From assembly GCA_013239625.1 (NCBI GenBank), contig MU053652.1, positions 2,358,001-2,422,000 on the forward strand: a DNA stretch of 64,000 nt. Direction: 5' to 3'. The translations under genes were made by a program, and so were the position numbers. Shown here piece by piece: positions 13,393-25,124 of the stretch. The first letter of the stretch is position 1. The number at the start of each line of letters is the position of its first letter. A model generated the notes under the pieces. The model was not told the DNA's origin, ran no database searches, and was given only the letters and a program-made list of their open reading frames with translations. The stretch comes from Lama guanicoe. Lineage: Eukaryota.

Positions 13393-14288
13393 AGTGTGGA
13401 CACCAACTTGGAGGGAGAAATTGGTAACTCTAAGGGCTGGGAGGTTAAAACAGGTAATCCAGGAGGGAAGTGGTGGGACCTCCTCACGCAGCCACTCTGG
13501 GAGAAGCAAAGATATAACACAGCATAGCACTGGGGCTATGGGGAAGCTGCTGGCTTGCGGAAGGGAATTGCCCCTGATTAGATTCTTCCTCCTTTGCAAA
13601 GAAGAGATTATGACTTCTGGGGAGAAAAGATATTAAAATACCTATCAACATGTGCAGCATGAGAACTGGTCGGTCAAAACAGGTCACCACCAGGATGGAT
13701 GCCTGCTAAAAGCCAGCCCAGCCCTGAGCCTTGTGTACGCAGCCTTTCAAATTTTTCTCAAGTCATGAGTCAACAAAATATTCAATGAACACCTGAATTG
13801 TGGGGGAGAGTGTAAAAGTGATGCTTGCTCACGGTAGGAAATGCAGGAAAGCGTAACAAGAAAACCTAAACTGTCCGCAGTGCACCAGCCAGAGACCACT
13901 TCCATGAACACACACAGGGTGCCCCTCCCCTCACGCTCAGAAAGCCCACCTACGTCTTCCTCTGGCCAGTGCCTCCCCTGATGGGTCAAGCATCCTACCT
14001 GAAGTCACAGGAAGAACATCCGGTGGCCCCAAAGCCTCTCCAGGTCACTCCCCATCACTCATTCCTCCTGAGGAAGTAGGAAAGGGCAGGAAATCTTAGC
14101 GCCCTTTGAAGAGAAAGGGAAAGTGAGTCACCAGGGTGGGATGGGACCACCCAAGGGCAGACTGAGTCAATCAGCAAACATCCGTGGAGGGCAAGGAATT
14201 TGGTGGGTACAAAGACGGGGCACTCCAGCCCCTGCCTTTGAGGACATCATTGTACTAATTAAAGCAACCAGACAGATGCCACCTCCCC

Positions 14289-14366
14289 AAGTGAGATTAA
14301 ATGAGTTAATAACTATAAAGTGCTTAGAATAGTACCTAGAACATAGCCAGTGCTCATTAAATGTTT
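14289..14366 (+). mobile_element. MIR SINE 3' part
   Basis: gtgagattaaatgagttaata..taaagtgcttagaatagtacct...gtgctcattaaatgtt. Confidence 0.75.
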
Positions 14367-16820
14367 ACGGATAGTCTTATTTTTATTACCCAGGACACTT
14401 GGCATGTACATTCCAGGAGAGTAATAAAGATCAAAAAGGCTCTTTGTTTGGAGGGAAGAAAGATTGTTGGGGTGGGGAGCAGGATGGATTTCCGGATCCT
14501 GAGAGTGGATAAAGACCCCAGCCCTGGGCTTCGGAAACACCCCAGGAGCAAAGCCAGGGCACACAAGACCTTGGGCACCCGCAACCAGTCTCTCTTCAAG
14601 CTCTTCTCCGCTGCAGCGATGGGGTGGAGCGGGAGGGGTGCACCGGCTAGGTTTAAGAAACCGCAGGCAGTCACAATGCCCATCTACAGGTCATCGGCTG
14701 AGCAGCTCCGGTTGTCAGCCGGGTGAAAGCTGCTGTCTACACGCTGACAGGGAATCCCCAGGAGGCCCGAGGGGAGGATCTGGGAAAGGCCCTGTCGCCT
14801 TGGAGAGCAGAGGGGTTTTTAGAGTCTGAACAAGGAGGGAAGGAAAGAGGGGGATGGCAGCCCAGTGCCAGGGAACAGGGATGTGGAGAGGGCCAGGATG
14901 TCTACGGGGCATGGAACTCTGATGCTGTGTTGCCGAGTGCTTGGTGTGTGACCTCTACAGAAACCCAGGAAAGTCCGCACTTCTCCCAGGCCTTAGGGGC
15001 TGGATCAGAGGCTGTAACAAAGGGCCGGTTGACCCCAAGCCTGGTGTGGGTGGCCAAAGGCCCCCAGGGCTCTTACTGAGACTCAGAGGCTGCTCCATGG
15101 GATACACCCACAGAGGAGGCAGAACCAGCCTTACAGGATGACATGCAGGCTGTGAGACCCAACACCTGTGGGCTGGGGGGCTATGCAGCTGAGGTATACA
15201 GGCTGATTCACACACAAAATGTACGTGCAAAGGACTTCAAAAGGAAACACAAAATCCTCTCCGTGTATATATATTATCTGTCTTGTCACTCCAGCCACTC
15301 ACTGGGTGGCGGAGCCTGGAAATTGTTCTAAATGAGGGATGGGCCCACAAGCAGTTCCCTTTGATCTGTCCTTATCTACCCAAGAGGGACGTGAGGCCCA
15401 GGGCCCCCAGGCTCAGCCCCCTCACCTATAATTCATACACTCTGGCCTCCTGGCTTCAGAGGGGCTTTGGTGGTGAACCTGCAGTCCTAGCCTGTACCAG
15501 CCACGCCCTCCACCCAGGCCCTGGGGATTAGGGCGTGGGGGGCTCCTGCATTCCTGCGGACCACCTCACCTCCAACCCCTGCCTGCAGGGGCCTCCCTGG
15601 CTTCTGTGGGCTCTGATGGCCCCTGAGGAAGGTCACATAGCACTTCAGCTGGAGAAGTGAGGAAGTGAGATTGTTTTTCCCCTGAAACCTCAAGCATCCG
15701 CCTCAGACCACCGTGAGTCAACCTCAGTGCCTGGAGCCAGGAAGCACCCTCCTTAGCGCCTTGGCAGCTCCAGGAGAAAAAAAGCCAGGAAGCCGCTGTG
15801 GGGCAGGCCACCACCCACTGCCTGCGTCCCCAACAAGGCTTAGCTATCACTGCTCCGTGTCGAGCCAGGGTCCTCATCTGGGCTAAGGGCATCCATTCTA
15901 CCTCCTGTTCAACCTTAAGTTCAACCAGAAGCAGTGCCTGAAGTCCTTATATCCTCAGTCTAGGCTTAGGTCTCTGCAGGGAAGAGACGCAGGCATTTCC
16001 AGGCCTCTTTCCCCTCAGGATCTAGCTTTCATTTGTCATTGGCAGAAGGAGGACATGTCCTAGGACCAGAGTTGATCTGGGAATCAGAATTCCTGGGTCT
16101 AACCCGATCCGCCCTCAGTATCACCTGCCCTGTGTGCCAACCCACAGTAGGGGTGGTGGCAGAAGACGGGCTGCTCCACCCCCAGCCCTGCACCTGCTGG
16201 AGGGTCCCTCTACCACCGCCCAGGAGACTAGCCCGCTGCACAGTCAAAGGGCTGCCTCCCTTCAGGTGCTTCCAGTTAACATTTCCTCTCTGGAGGAGAC
16301 AAACAGGGCTGGCGACATCACCGTGGACACCCGGGGCTTAGAGCTAGGATTGTTCAGAGCAGGACGCCTCTGAATTCCAGTTTGTGCTTCGGTGCTTCTC
16401 TATCAGTAACATCGATGCTCCCCTCCACCACAGCCTTGGAAAGGGGGTGCTATCTCTACTTCGTCCACGAGAAGATGGCACACAGAGGAAAGCTTTGTGG
16501 CTTGCCGGAGAGCTCACAGCCACTACGTGACAGCCAAACTAACCCTCCAGCTCCTGGCTCTTGTCTGGGAGCGGCACGCGCTGGGGGAGCGAGGCTGCCA
16601 GCACAGTTCTCTTCTCTGGCTCCCCTCCTCCCCGGCTCGAGGGAAGAGGGAGGGCAGCGCTGCTCCATGAGAACCTCGAGGATGCGGATGCACCCCGACA
16701 TCCACATCTCCCTACAACAATCAGCCATTCGTTCCCTCACCAAACGTTTACTAAGCACCTACCTTGCACCAGGTACTGCGCTAGAAGCCTGCGGCAGAGA
16801 TGCCGCTACTTTCGAGAACG

Positions 16821-17313
16821 TGTGAGACACTTTCCAACTAAAATGGAACCCGAGGACAGGAAGTGGAATCTCGCGCATGCGCCCTCAGAAAGGCGGGACT
16901 TGACTAGGAGACTGGTTTCCCTTAAACACCTGATTTACAGAAGACTGAGACTGATCTCCTGACCAATGAGCATCCGCTAAGAATCTCTCCCCATCCTCCA
17001 GCCAATGAACTTGCTGCTGGGATCCTGGCTGGACTGCCCCTTTGTGCTCCTTGCATATGAAGTTGCTAGACCCCCTCCACTGCCTGCCTGTAGCTTACTA
17101 CGATAGGCATTTTGTAAGTTGCGACTCCTCTGCTATTCCTGAATTGAACAAACTCAACTTTTGTCATTTGGGCCTGTCTCAGTTTACCTCCTTGTCTATC
17201 TATTTTTTTAATGGAGGTACTGGAAATAGAATCCAGGACCTTCTGCATGCTAAGCACGTGCTCTAGCACTAAGCTATTAACACCCCACCCCCACCTCTTT
17301 ATTTAAGTTGATG
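16821..17313 (+). mobile_element. ERV1-type solo LTR inserted in an antisense L2 and interrupted by a SINE
   Basis: TG start, two CCAAT boxes, a U5-like end (tttatttaagttga) and near-TSD aacg/aagg. L2 sequence resumes on both sides (16725-16820 and after 17314). Confidence 0.55.
17203..17293 (-). mobile_element. tRNA-derived SINE (camelid Vic-1-like)
   Basis: ttttttaatggaggtactggaaatagaatccaggacc..gcatgctaagca; reverse complement of the tRNA-like head. Confidence 0.8.
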
Positions 17314-18162
17314 AAGGAAACAGACATTAAACAGCTAATGACAATAAAGCCTTTCCTATGGGAGTCGAGTCTAGGAACTGGGGAAGGACTTCATTTCAGG
17401 AGAGACCTGAAGGGTGAATAAGAATTTCCAGGCCATGAGGAAGAATAGACACTTAATCATCCAGGTGGAGATCTTTAGCAGATAGTGGGATGGGAGAGGG
17501 GTCTAGGCTGCATAGATAGTCTTGAAAATTATTAGCCTTGGGATAGATGATATTGGTCTTTCTGTGCCCCAAATCCAACAATCTCCCCAAAGAAACAGAC
17601 CCTAAGTAAGAGTATTATGCAAACAGTTTTTTAACTGGTTCCGTTTCCAGTTTCAATGAGCAGGTCCTACTAAGCCCTTTTCACAGGAAGATTCTAGATC
17701 CAGGGGCCCTTATCTCAAGGCCAGCATTCTGTGAAGAGTCCACCATCTCCCTCTGATGCCCTTATCTCCACCCAGACTGGGTTTGCCTCTGTCTTCCTGT
17801 ACTCTGTTCCCTTCCCTCACACCAGGACAAGAACCTCCCATCATGTGCAGACTCTTCTCATCCCTGTGGCTCCCTCACACCAACACCCGGGTTTTCTCCT
17901 TCCTTTTCTGAGCCAGGCATGTGCCTGTTGCTCTCAGATCCACATGTAGCATTCTTTGCTTTCTGCTTTGTACTGCAGGGGAACTGAGTCCTGCAAGCTG
18001 TGTTTTCCAAGGTCTGTTAAGAACTTCCAGAGCCGGTTGTCTAGAGAACATGACAAGAGAAAGAAAGAAACCAAGGCATCTTTCTCTCCCTTTCTCTCTG
18101 CTCTGGGTGGGGTCTCCAGCAGGGACTGTGCCTTATTATTTTCAGCTCCCATCAGGCAGCTC

Positions 18163-18759
18163 TGTCACCTGAAAAACTGGATTGACCTCTTGGTAGGTGT
18201 TGAAAGATACAACCAAGCCAGAGATGGGGATAAGGAAGGATTTATTACTTGCAGCAAGTAAGGAAAACACCAGGGATCTTTCCCAAAGCAGTGTCTCTCC
18301 AAACAGCACAATTGGGGAAGTTTTAAGCCAAGGATACAGGCATATTCATGAAGGGGCTTAGGCAGAGGATTCAGCATAGAATTGGGGCAAAGGTCAACAG
18401 GGTCCAAGCTTTAGTTGGTTAAGTCAGGAGGGTCAGAAAACGTCAACATCATCATCCCTCGTGTTCCTGTTGGCCTGGTGGTTAAGCTCTTTAGGCTAAT
18501 CTTTACCACTGAAACAGAACTGGGAGTCCTTACAACTGATACTTTATCTTTGCTATTGTTACTTATCTTGCCGGTAACAGTTTCGTTCCTGCCTTCTTTT
18601 GTTCCTTTAAGATCATTAATTATTGAGACTTGTTCAAGGGCAAGCACTATGGCCGGGCTTAGATCACAAAATGACTTAGGCCAAATATGGCTTCTCTTAT
18701 GTCAAGAAAGACATGCCTGGTACTCTTTCTCTGAAGATCCCCTGCCCTATCTGCTTACA
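18163..18759 (-). mobile_element. ERV1-type solo LTR
   Basis: On the minus strand it begins TGTAAGCAGATAGGGCAGGGG and ends ...TCAGGTGACA. AATAAA on the minus strand at 18241-18246. No clean TSD. Confidence 0.7.
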
Positions 18760-19063
18760 GTCCCTGACAAGACTCCAGTTCCCACTAGGCATCCCTGACT
18801 CTGTGCTCTGGTTCGGCCAGATGGTCTTCCTTTACGATGCATGGTCCCAAAAGGAAGCTCTGGCTCATGGCCACTGGAACACCTTGTCCCTCTAGTCTCT
18901 AGGGCAGTAGCAGCTCACTGTGAAGCCACCCTTCTTCCTCACCACCCTCTCCTTGGCCTTTCAGCAATTCGAACAGTCTTAACCAGCTACCTGCGTTATG
19001 TGCCCTTTGCAGTGCTTCTCAAACTTTTTGGTTTGGGGATTCCTTTACATTCTTAATATCTTT

Positions 19064-19218
19064 TGTGATCCTGTAATTTATAATAATAGTATGTTTTTGA
19101 TTCTCATTCCTGCCACAGAGCTTAGGATATCCTAGCTGAAGAGAGCATTAAAGATGTCTTTCATTAGGGTAATGAGGTGACTTATGGAAAGCCCCTGCGG
19201 GTGGGGGTGCTGGTTGCT
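19064..19218 (+). mobile_element. MER21-like ERVL LTR 5' fragment
   Basis: tgtgatcctgtaatttataataa...cacagagct...taatgaggtgacttatggaaagcccct...ctggttgc. Confidence 0.65.
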
Positions 19219-19364
19219 AAATTTTGCTCTTTGTCCAGATAGGTAGGCTATGCCAAACCATAAATATCACTCATAGCCTAATGAGTGTCGAGGGGTTCTA
19301 CTTGTCACTTCTAGGCTACCTCCAATTTGGTGGCTATTACCTTAAATACGATCTAAGAGGAAGG

Positions 19365-19490
19365 AGCATGGAAATACCACATCACTTCTGCCCACATCCC
19401 GTTGGCTGGGACTCCTGCGGCCCAAACCTAGCTGCAAGGGTGTCAGGGAAACGTAGTCTTGCTATGTGTCTAGGAAGAGAAGGCAAAGAA
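19365..19490 (-). mobile_element. MLT1 (old MaLR) LTR fragment
   Basis: catcacttctgcccacatcccgttggc...cctagctgcaaggg..gggaaacgtagtct. Confidence 0.6.
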
Positions 19491-19944
19491 GGATCTTATT
19501 GTCTCTGCCTTGCAAATGTATCACTGTTCACAGTGAGACATTAGGCTTTTTGCTTCTTACAGATATGGGTCCTGTTTAGTTTACCTCTATCCCACTCCTA
19601 GAAAGCATAAGCGCATTTTAACTTTTTTTCTTTTTTTGAATTATGGACCCATAGAAAAGACCACCCTCTGTTCTTCATGTTCCAGGGTGACTAGCACCTG
19701 GGGTCATCTCTCTTTCCCTGTCTCCTCTGTAATTTTGCAATGTTCCCTAGACCCTAGGAAACAACTGGATCACATGCAGACTTAAGACTTTGCAGGATAC
19801 AAACTTTGACCTTTAAACAACAAATGATCTTCAGATAGAGAAAAAAACTAAGAGGAAATCTGAGAGACAGAATAGCAAAGCAGAAATACTCCTGGACTAG
19901 GAGTTAAGACAAAAGTCTTCTAACTTAGGAAACCGAGATGTAGC

Positions 19945-20110
19945 CCAGTAGCCATAAGCACAGGGCTTGGAGTCAGGGTCCCATTTGCAGAGTGGCTTTC
20001 ACTTGAAAAAGGAAGACTGACTTTGTAGGTTTGTTGGAAGGATTAAATGAAATAACATAAACAAAGCACTTAGCAGAATACTTGTTTCAACGTAAAAGAT
20101 TAACAAGTGG
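19945..20110 (+). mobile_element. MIR SINE
   Basis: taagcacagggcttggagtcag...gttgttggaaggattaaatgaaataacataaacaaagcacttagc. Confidence 0.65.
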
Positions 20111-22117
20111 TAGTTGTTTTAGTTGTTAATTCTGTTACATTGATGTCATTGTCCTGTTGTTTTGTACAATGATGTACCTCAAACGTCTTCGACAGTCCTG
20201 GCATATAGTAGGGACTCAATAAATATGTGTCCAGTAATAAATAAATGAGTGAACTCTCAGCTCTGTCAATGACAGACAATGTGATCACACCTGTCTGGGC
20301 CTCAGCCTGTCCTGCTGCAAATAAGAGCGTTAGCACAGGGTCCCAGGTCCCTCCTGGGACTGGCCAGCATGTCAGCAGAGGAGCCCCGCCACCAAAGGCA
20401 GGGCTGGAGGACAGATGGAGAAATGAACTCAGTGCCCCGGACCAAAGGAGCATAGGCATTGGTGGAGCTGGACTCAAGAGAAAATGCCAAGAGCGTGGCA
20501 AGAGGGTCTGTGGGTCTCTGCTTGAAAAGGCTGCTGCTGCCCCTTTACCCCGAAGCCTGCTTCCGTGACTCCCGGGGGGAGGCGAAATGGTTGCGGAGCT
20601 GCAGCCCCGGCCCCAGGCCCCCAGCTCTGTCCAGGAACCTTCCAAACAGAGCCTGGGCCCTGCCCAGCGCTAAGTCACCAGAGCCAGGGGCACGGGACCT
20701 TATTCACCTGGCCTTGTCCCCTCACTTATTGACTGTGACGCACCAGGCACTGGTGTAAGTGCTAGGGCACAGCAGAGAATGCCCTAGTCTCTGCCCTCAT
20801 TCCATTCAAGTCTGGGAAACAAGCACAAAACAGGTGATCAATTTCAGGTGGGAATAAGTACCACAAAGAAAAATGAAGCAGGGTCATGGGGTTGCTGGGG
20901 TAGTTAGGGAAGTTTCATCCACCCACATCATCTTCTCCTGGGCTAACATGCAGACTGCCGGCTGGGGCAGAGAAAGAAGGATGGGGAAAAGGAAGAGAGA
21001 AACTGATTCACAGAGTGTGGGGGCTGGGGGCGGGGAGGGGAGCCTCAGCCTGCTCTGGTCGGCTGAGCCCTGTCAGAGAGACCAAGAGCGGCTGCTTTCC
21101 TGGGGCTCACTTTGAGTTTGTCCCCTCTGCCTCCAGGCTTTTATCCAGGAGGCCTCTTGCCCTGATCCTGTGAGCTTGTGAGAGTCTGCTGGCTGCATCA
21201 GAGGCCTGGGTGGGGCCCCAAGGGAGGCCTCTGAAGGACAGAAATGGGCGCCCCCCCAGAGTGATGGCTGAACATGACCCACCAGTCCCCCAAGATGACC
21301 TGGCTGGAATCATTTGTTTCTGATGGAAGAGTGAAAACACAAAAGCATTTTTCTTGGAAATCAAGTGCCCCCCCACGCCTCTCCGCCCACCACTACCACC
21401 CCAAGGCAGCTGTCATTTTGAGAGGACTCAGCATGTGAGGCCTCCAGGACTGCTCCCCAACTCTCCTGGGCCTGCCTGTCAATGAGCTCAGGAAAAAACT
21501 GAACCCCAGGGATCGGTGAGTCACCACTGTCTGACACTGACAGCCCTGAGAGAGCAGACATGGAGGGGGATGGTCACAGGGCAGCTTCCATCACAGGGGA
21601 AGGCGGGGAGGCAGAAGAAATGGGCCGTGGCTCTACCTGGTGTCACACAGCTCCATCCCAGGAGGCCGCTGCTCTCTCTACCTCGCAGTATCCAAGTCAA
21701 CCTTTCAGGCTTCTTTGTCCATGAAGTCTTCCCAAATTCTCTCACCTGGACAGGAATAATTTTCTCATTTGTTCACTTATCAGCAAACATTTATTGAATC
21801 TTCCATGTAGCAGTGGATACAGAAAACTAAAATCATCCTTCCTTTAAGAGGATCACATTCTACTGGAGCAGATAAGGAGGTGGGCTTGAAGAGAGCCAGG
21901 CCCACATGTACACGTGCACATACGTACGTATGGATGGACAGACATGTTACATATGATGTTGGGAGCACAAAGGAGGCCACATCATGCAACCTGGGCCATT
22001 TTGAGGGCTGGTGGGGCCTGCCAAGCAGAGGGGAAAAGTCCTTACAAAGGAACAAAGAGAGGATAAGTGTGTCCACAGGAGTGAAAATGGAGGGAGCACA
22101 GCCATCCCCTCAATCTC

Positions 22118-22273
22118 TCTCTCTCTTTTTTTTTAAGTATTTTTGGTTCTTTTGGAAGAGGGTAATTAGGTTTATTTATTTATTTATTTAGTGGAGGGAC
22201 TGGGGATTGAACCCAGGACCCTCATGCATGCTAAGCTCACACTCTACCACTGAGCCATACCCTCTCCCCACCA
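22118..22273 (-). mobile_element. tRNA-derived SINE (Vic-1-like)
   Basis: ggtaattaggtttatttattt...ctggggattgaacccaggacc..gcatgctaagc..ctctaccactgagc. Flanking direct repeat ctcaatctc at 22109-22117 and 22274-22282. Confidence 0.9.
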
Positions 22274-22515
22274 CTCAATCTCATGTGTACTAAATAGACC
22301 ATCATCCGTTAACTTGCTTCCCCATTTTATTTTAACCAAAGGCTTCACCAATCTACCCCATCCTCATTCAGTATACCACTAACCATGATTTCGAGGGGCA
22401 AAAAAGGCCTATCCCCTTTTGTTTTTATTCTGCATCAGATTATCAAATTTCTGGGGAGAAGGGATAGGAAATAAGTACAAGATTCAAATGCAGTAGCAGG
22501 TGTCAAAGGTAGAGG

Positions 22516-22619
22516 TAGGGGGGCAAACTGTCCTCGTTTTAGAACTGAAAGTCCCACATCCCTGGAAATCCTTTGGTAATCCTTTGGTCCTGAGTAACCC
22601 GGGACAGTTGGTCACTGTA
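22516..22619. mobile_element. MER81-like hAT-Blackjack MITE
   Basis: tgtcctcgttttagaactgaaagtcccacatccctggaaa...ccgggacagttggtcac. Confidence 0.6.
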
Positions 22620-23849
22620 AAAAAGGAGACAGGAGCCAAGAGGAGAGGAATCCAAGGTGAACTGACTTATGAATCTCCCAGTTGAGTGAGGGTCAGCTGT
22701 AGGTGGACAGAGAGACGGTATGTCTATATATGGGGAGGGAGACCCATTTCCTTTGGAAGCATTAAACCCACCACGTCCCCCCACCCCATTTTCACCCCTG
22801 TCCTGATTACTCCTGGGCAGCTGTCAGCTGTCCCTTACTTGTAGCCCCCACGCACCCCCTAGCCAGGTTGCACATCTTCCTTCCCTCTCACTGACCCCTT
22901 GGAGGGCACACTGGGATTCCTTCTATGCCCCTTGGACAGATAGTGTGCATCTGGCATCCTCCCTTTCCCTGGAGCACAGGCCCCAGTGGCGCTGTCTCCC
23001 AGCAGCAGTCTTTAACCCATTCCTGTCCGCATGCCAGCTGACTCCCTGCACACATTGACCACTTCACTCCCATCCTGTCCTGGTGCTGTGGCCTTGAACA
23101 CTGTCCATTAAACTATGGACAATATGATTCTTGGCATCCTCCCCTCCGAAAAGAGACCTCTAACAGCCCCCACCCCATCCCACCCAGGCCAGGACAGGGT
23201 CAGGAGGAGCAGCAATGTTGTTCCACCGATGCCACGCATCCACCAGACCCCACGTCTGCCCGAGAGCCATCCGTCATGCTCAATGCTGCCTCTGTTGCAA
23301 AGCTGCTCGTGAAAAGCCCCTGTGTTGTGGCTCCCAGCTCCAGTGAGGTCCTCCATACAAGGTCTCCATTCATGCCAGGCTGGCCCTCCGTGGCCACACA
23401 GGCAGTCCCTGCTCCGTGCGGAAAGCTTCCCAGGGTGCAGGGTGCATCTTCCCCTCAGTTCCACAGAGGCTAAGCACACGCTGCCTGGGTTCCCTCCCTC
23501 TGCCTGCCAGCTGCCTTCTGGGAAATCCTGATGGGGACTCAGGGCAGCAGGGCCCAGGAGTGCATGCCGGCCAGTGGGCCTTTGGGGAGCCCATACCTCT
23601 GGAAACAGCCATCCAAGCTCCTGGAGGCCATGGCATGTCAATGAGAGGACAGGTACAACCAGGCATACAGAAACTTCCTTTTTCCCTCTTCCAAAGAACA
23701 AAGGGAAAAAAACTGCAGTCTGCAAGACACCTACCCCTACCGACTGAATAGAGCCAGTCAGTTCTGAGGAATGGGGCTGCCGTCCGGAACCATATCAGTT
23801 AGGGAGACAGCTGATTGAAGCTCACCCCGCGTGGTGAATCCTATACTAC

Positions 23850-24427
23850 TGAAGCCGAGTGGAGCCTGGGGGCCCTCCAGGGTACAAAAGCTTTTTTGCA
23901 TCCCATTTCTTGTTTGTTTCAACCTCCTAGACCTTCTCAAATTCTAAAAGGGCAGATTCAACCATTACCAATTCGGGGAGTGAAGGAATGTAGAAACAAA
24001 GACAATCAAGAAACAATAGTGCAGGGATGGGCAGGGTCCTGGTTCCTCCCTCCTCAAGGGATATGCAGAACAATCTGATACAAATACCTGAGTTCTTCTA
24101 CAGGAACTAAGGCCCCCACCCAGGTGGAGGAGGGTAGTTTCAGGCAGAGCACAAGCAGTGGATCCCAGACTGGTTGGAACCAGAAGTCTGATGATTGAGA
24201 TTCCTGGAACAGCACCCTGTTACCTCACCACCGACCAATGTGAAGAAAGTCACACACCCTGCAGCCTTCACCCCAATTTTGCCTTTAAAAACTCTTCCCT
24301 GAAACCCATAATGGAGTTCGGGTCTTTTGAGCATGAGCTGCCTTTGCAGTAATCGTGTCTCTGCTTCAAACTCTGACTGTTTCGGTGGGCCTCACTGTAC
24401 ACTGGGCACACAAACTTGGAGCATTCA
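23850..24427 (+). mobile_element. ERV1-type solo LTR (same family as 28695-29247)
   Basis: TGAAGCCGAG start. Long shared blocks with 28695-29247, e.g. tgagttcttctacaggaactaaggcccc, cacaccctgcagcc and ggcctcactgt..gggcacacaaa. Confidence 0.8.
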
Positions 24428-24429
24428 TA

Positions 24430-24599
24430 CAGTGGTTCTCAAACTGGAACAGGCATCAGAATTATCTGGAGGGCTTGTGACAACACAGATTGCCAGGCAC
24501 GCCTCCAGTCAGTGGTTTATTAGTATGCAGGCAGGGTCTGGGCATCTGCGTTTGTAACAAGTCCCCAGAGGCCGTGGTCACTCACTTTGAGAACCACTG
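24430..24599. mobile_element. MER5A-like hAT-Charlie MITE
   Basis: Perfect 14-bp terminal inverted repeats: cagtggttctcaaa ... tttgagaaccactg. Confidence 0.9.
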
Positions 24600-24649
24600 A
24601 GGAAGGGTCTACCCTGACCTCAAGGAGGTTATGTATCATTTGAAACCAA

Positions 24650-25124
24650 TGTGAAAGAAAAATACTGCAAGCCGTATCAGTAAACAAAGAATGCTAAAGC
24701 CATCAAGTCATCAGCTGCTGCCGCCACCCCCTAGTGAAGACAAGCCTGCAGCCCAGCCCCTGCAGCCACTCACAATGGCACACTCTGAGGGGACTCAGAA
24801 TAAGAAAGGACGGGATGCTGGCCCTAGATAGCTAGATGCTTGTCAAAGGAATGAATTCAATGAGCCCAAATGTTTGCTTCCTCCCATACATAGAAAAGCA
24901 CTAAATTCTTTAACTTGAGATGCCTGGTTTTCTTTAGTTAACTAGTAATCTTTTAATGTTCCAACTACCTGGTCTTTGTTGTAAAACTCCAATATATTCT
25001 AGCTCCTCCCCCACCTCTTTGAAGCAGTCCCTCAGAGCAATCTGAGAGGCTGTCATCCCGGCTCCAGTCCACTGAATAAAACATAACTCTCAACTTCTAG
25101 GTTGTACATTTATTTCAGTCGACA
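24650..25124 (+). mobile_element. ERV1 solo LTR (MER34/MER39-like)
   Basis: TG...CA termini with perfect 4-bp TSD CCAA (24646-24649 and 25125-25128). AATAAA near 25075, ending ttcagtcgaca. Confidence 0.88.

Noticed and set aside
18415..18798. 127-aa ORF with a hydrophobic stretch (possible membrane protein or env remnant)
   Set aside because: Lies antisense within a solo LTR, has a non-ATG start and no env motifs.
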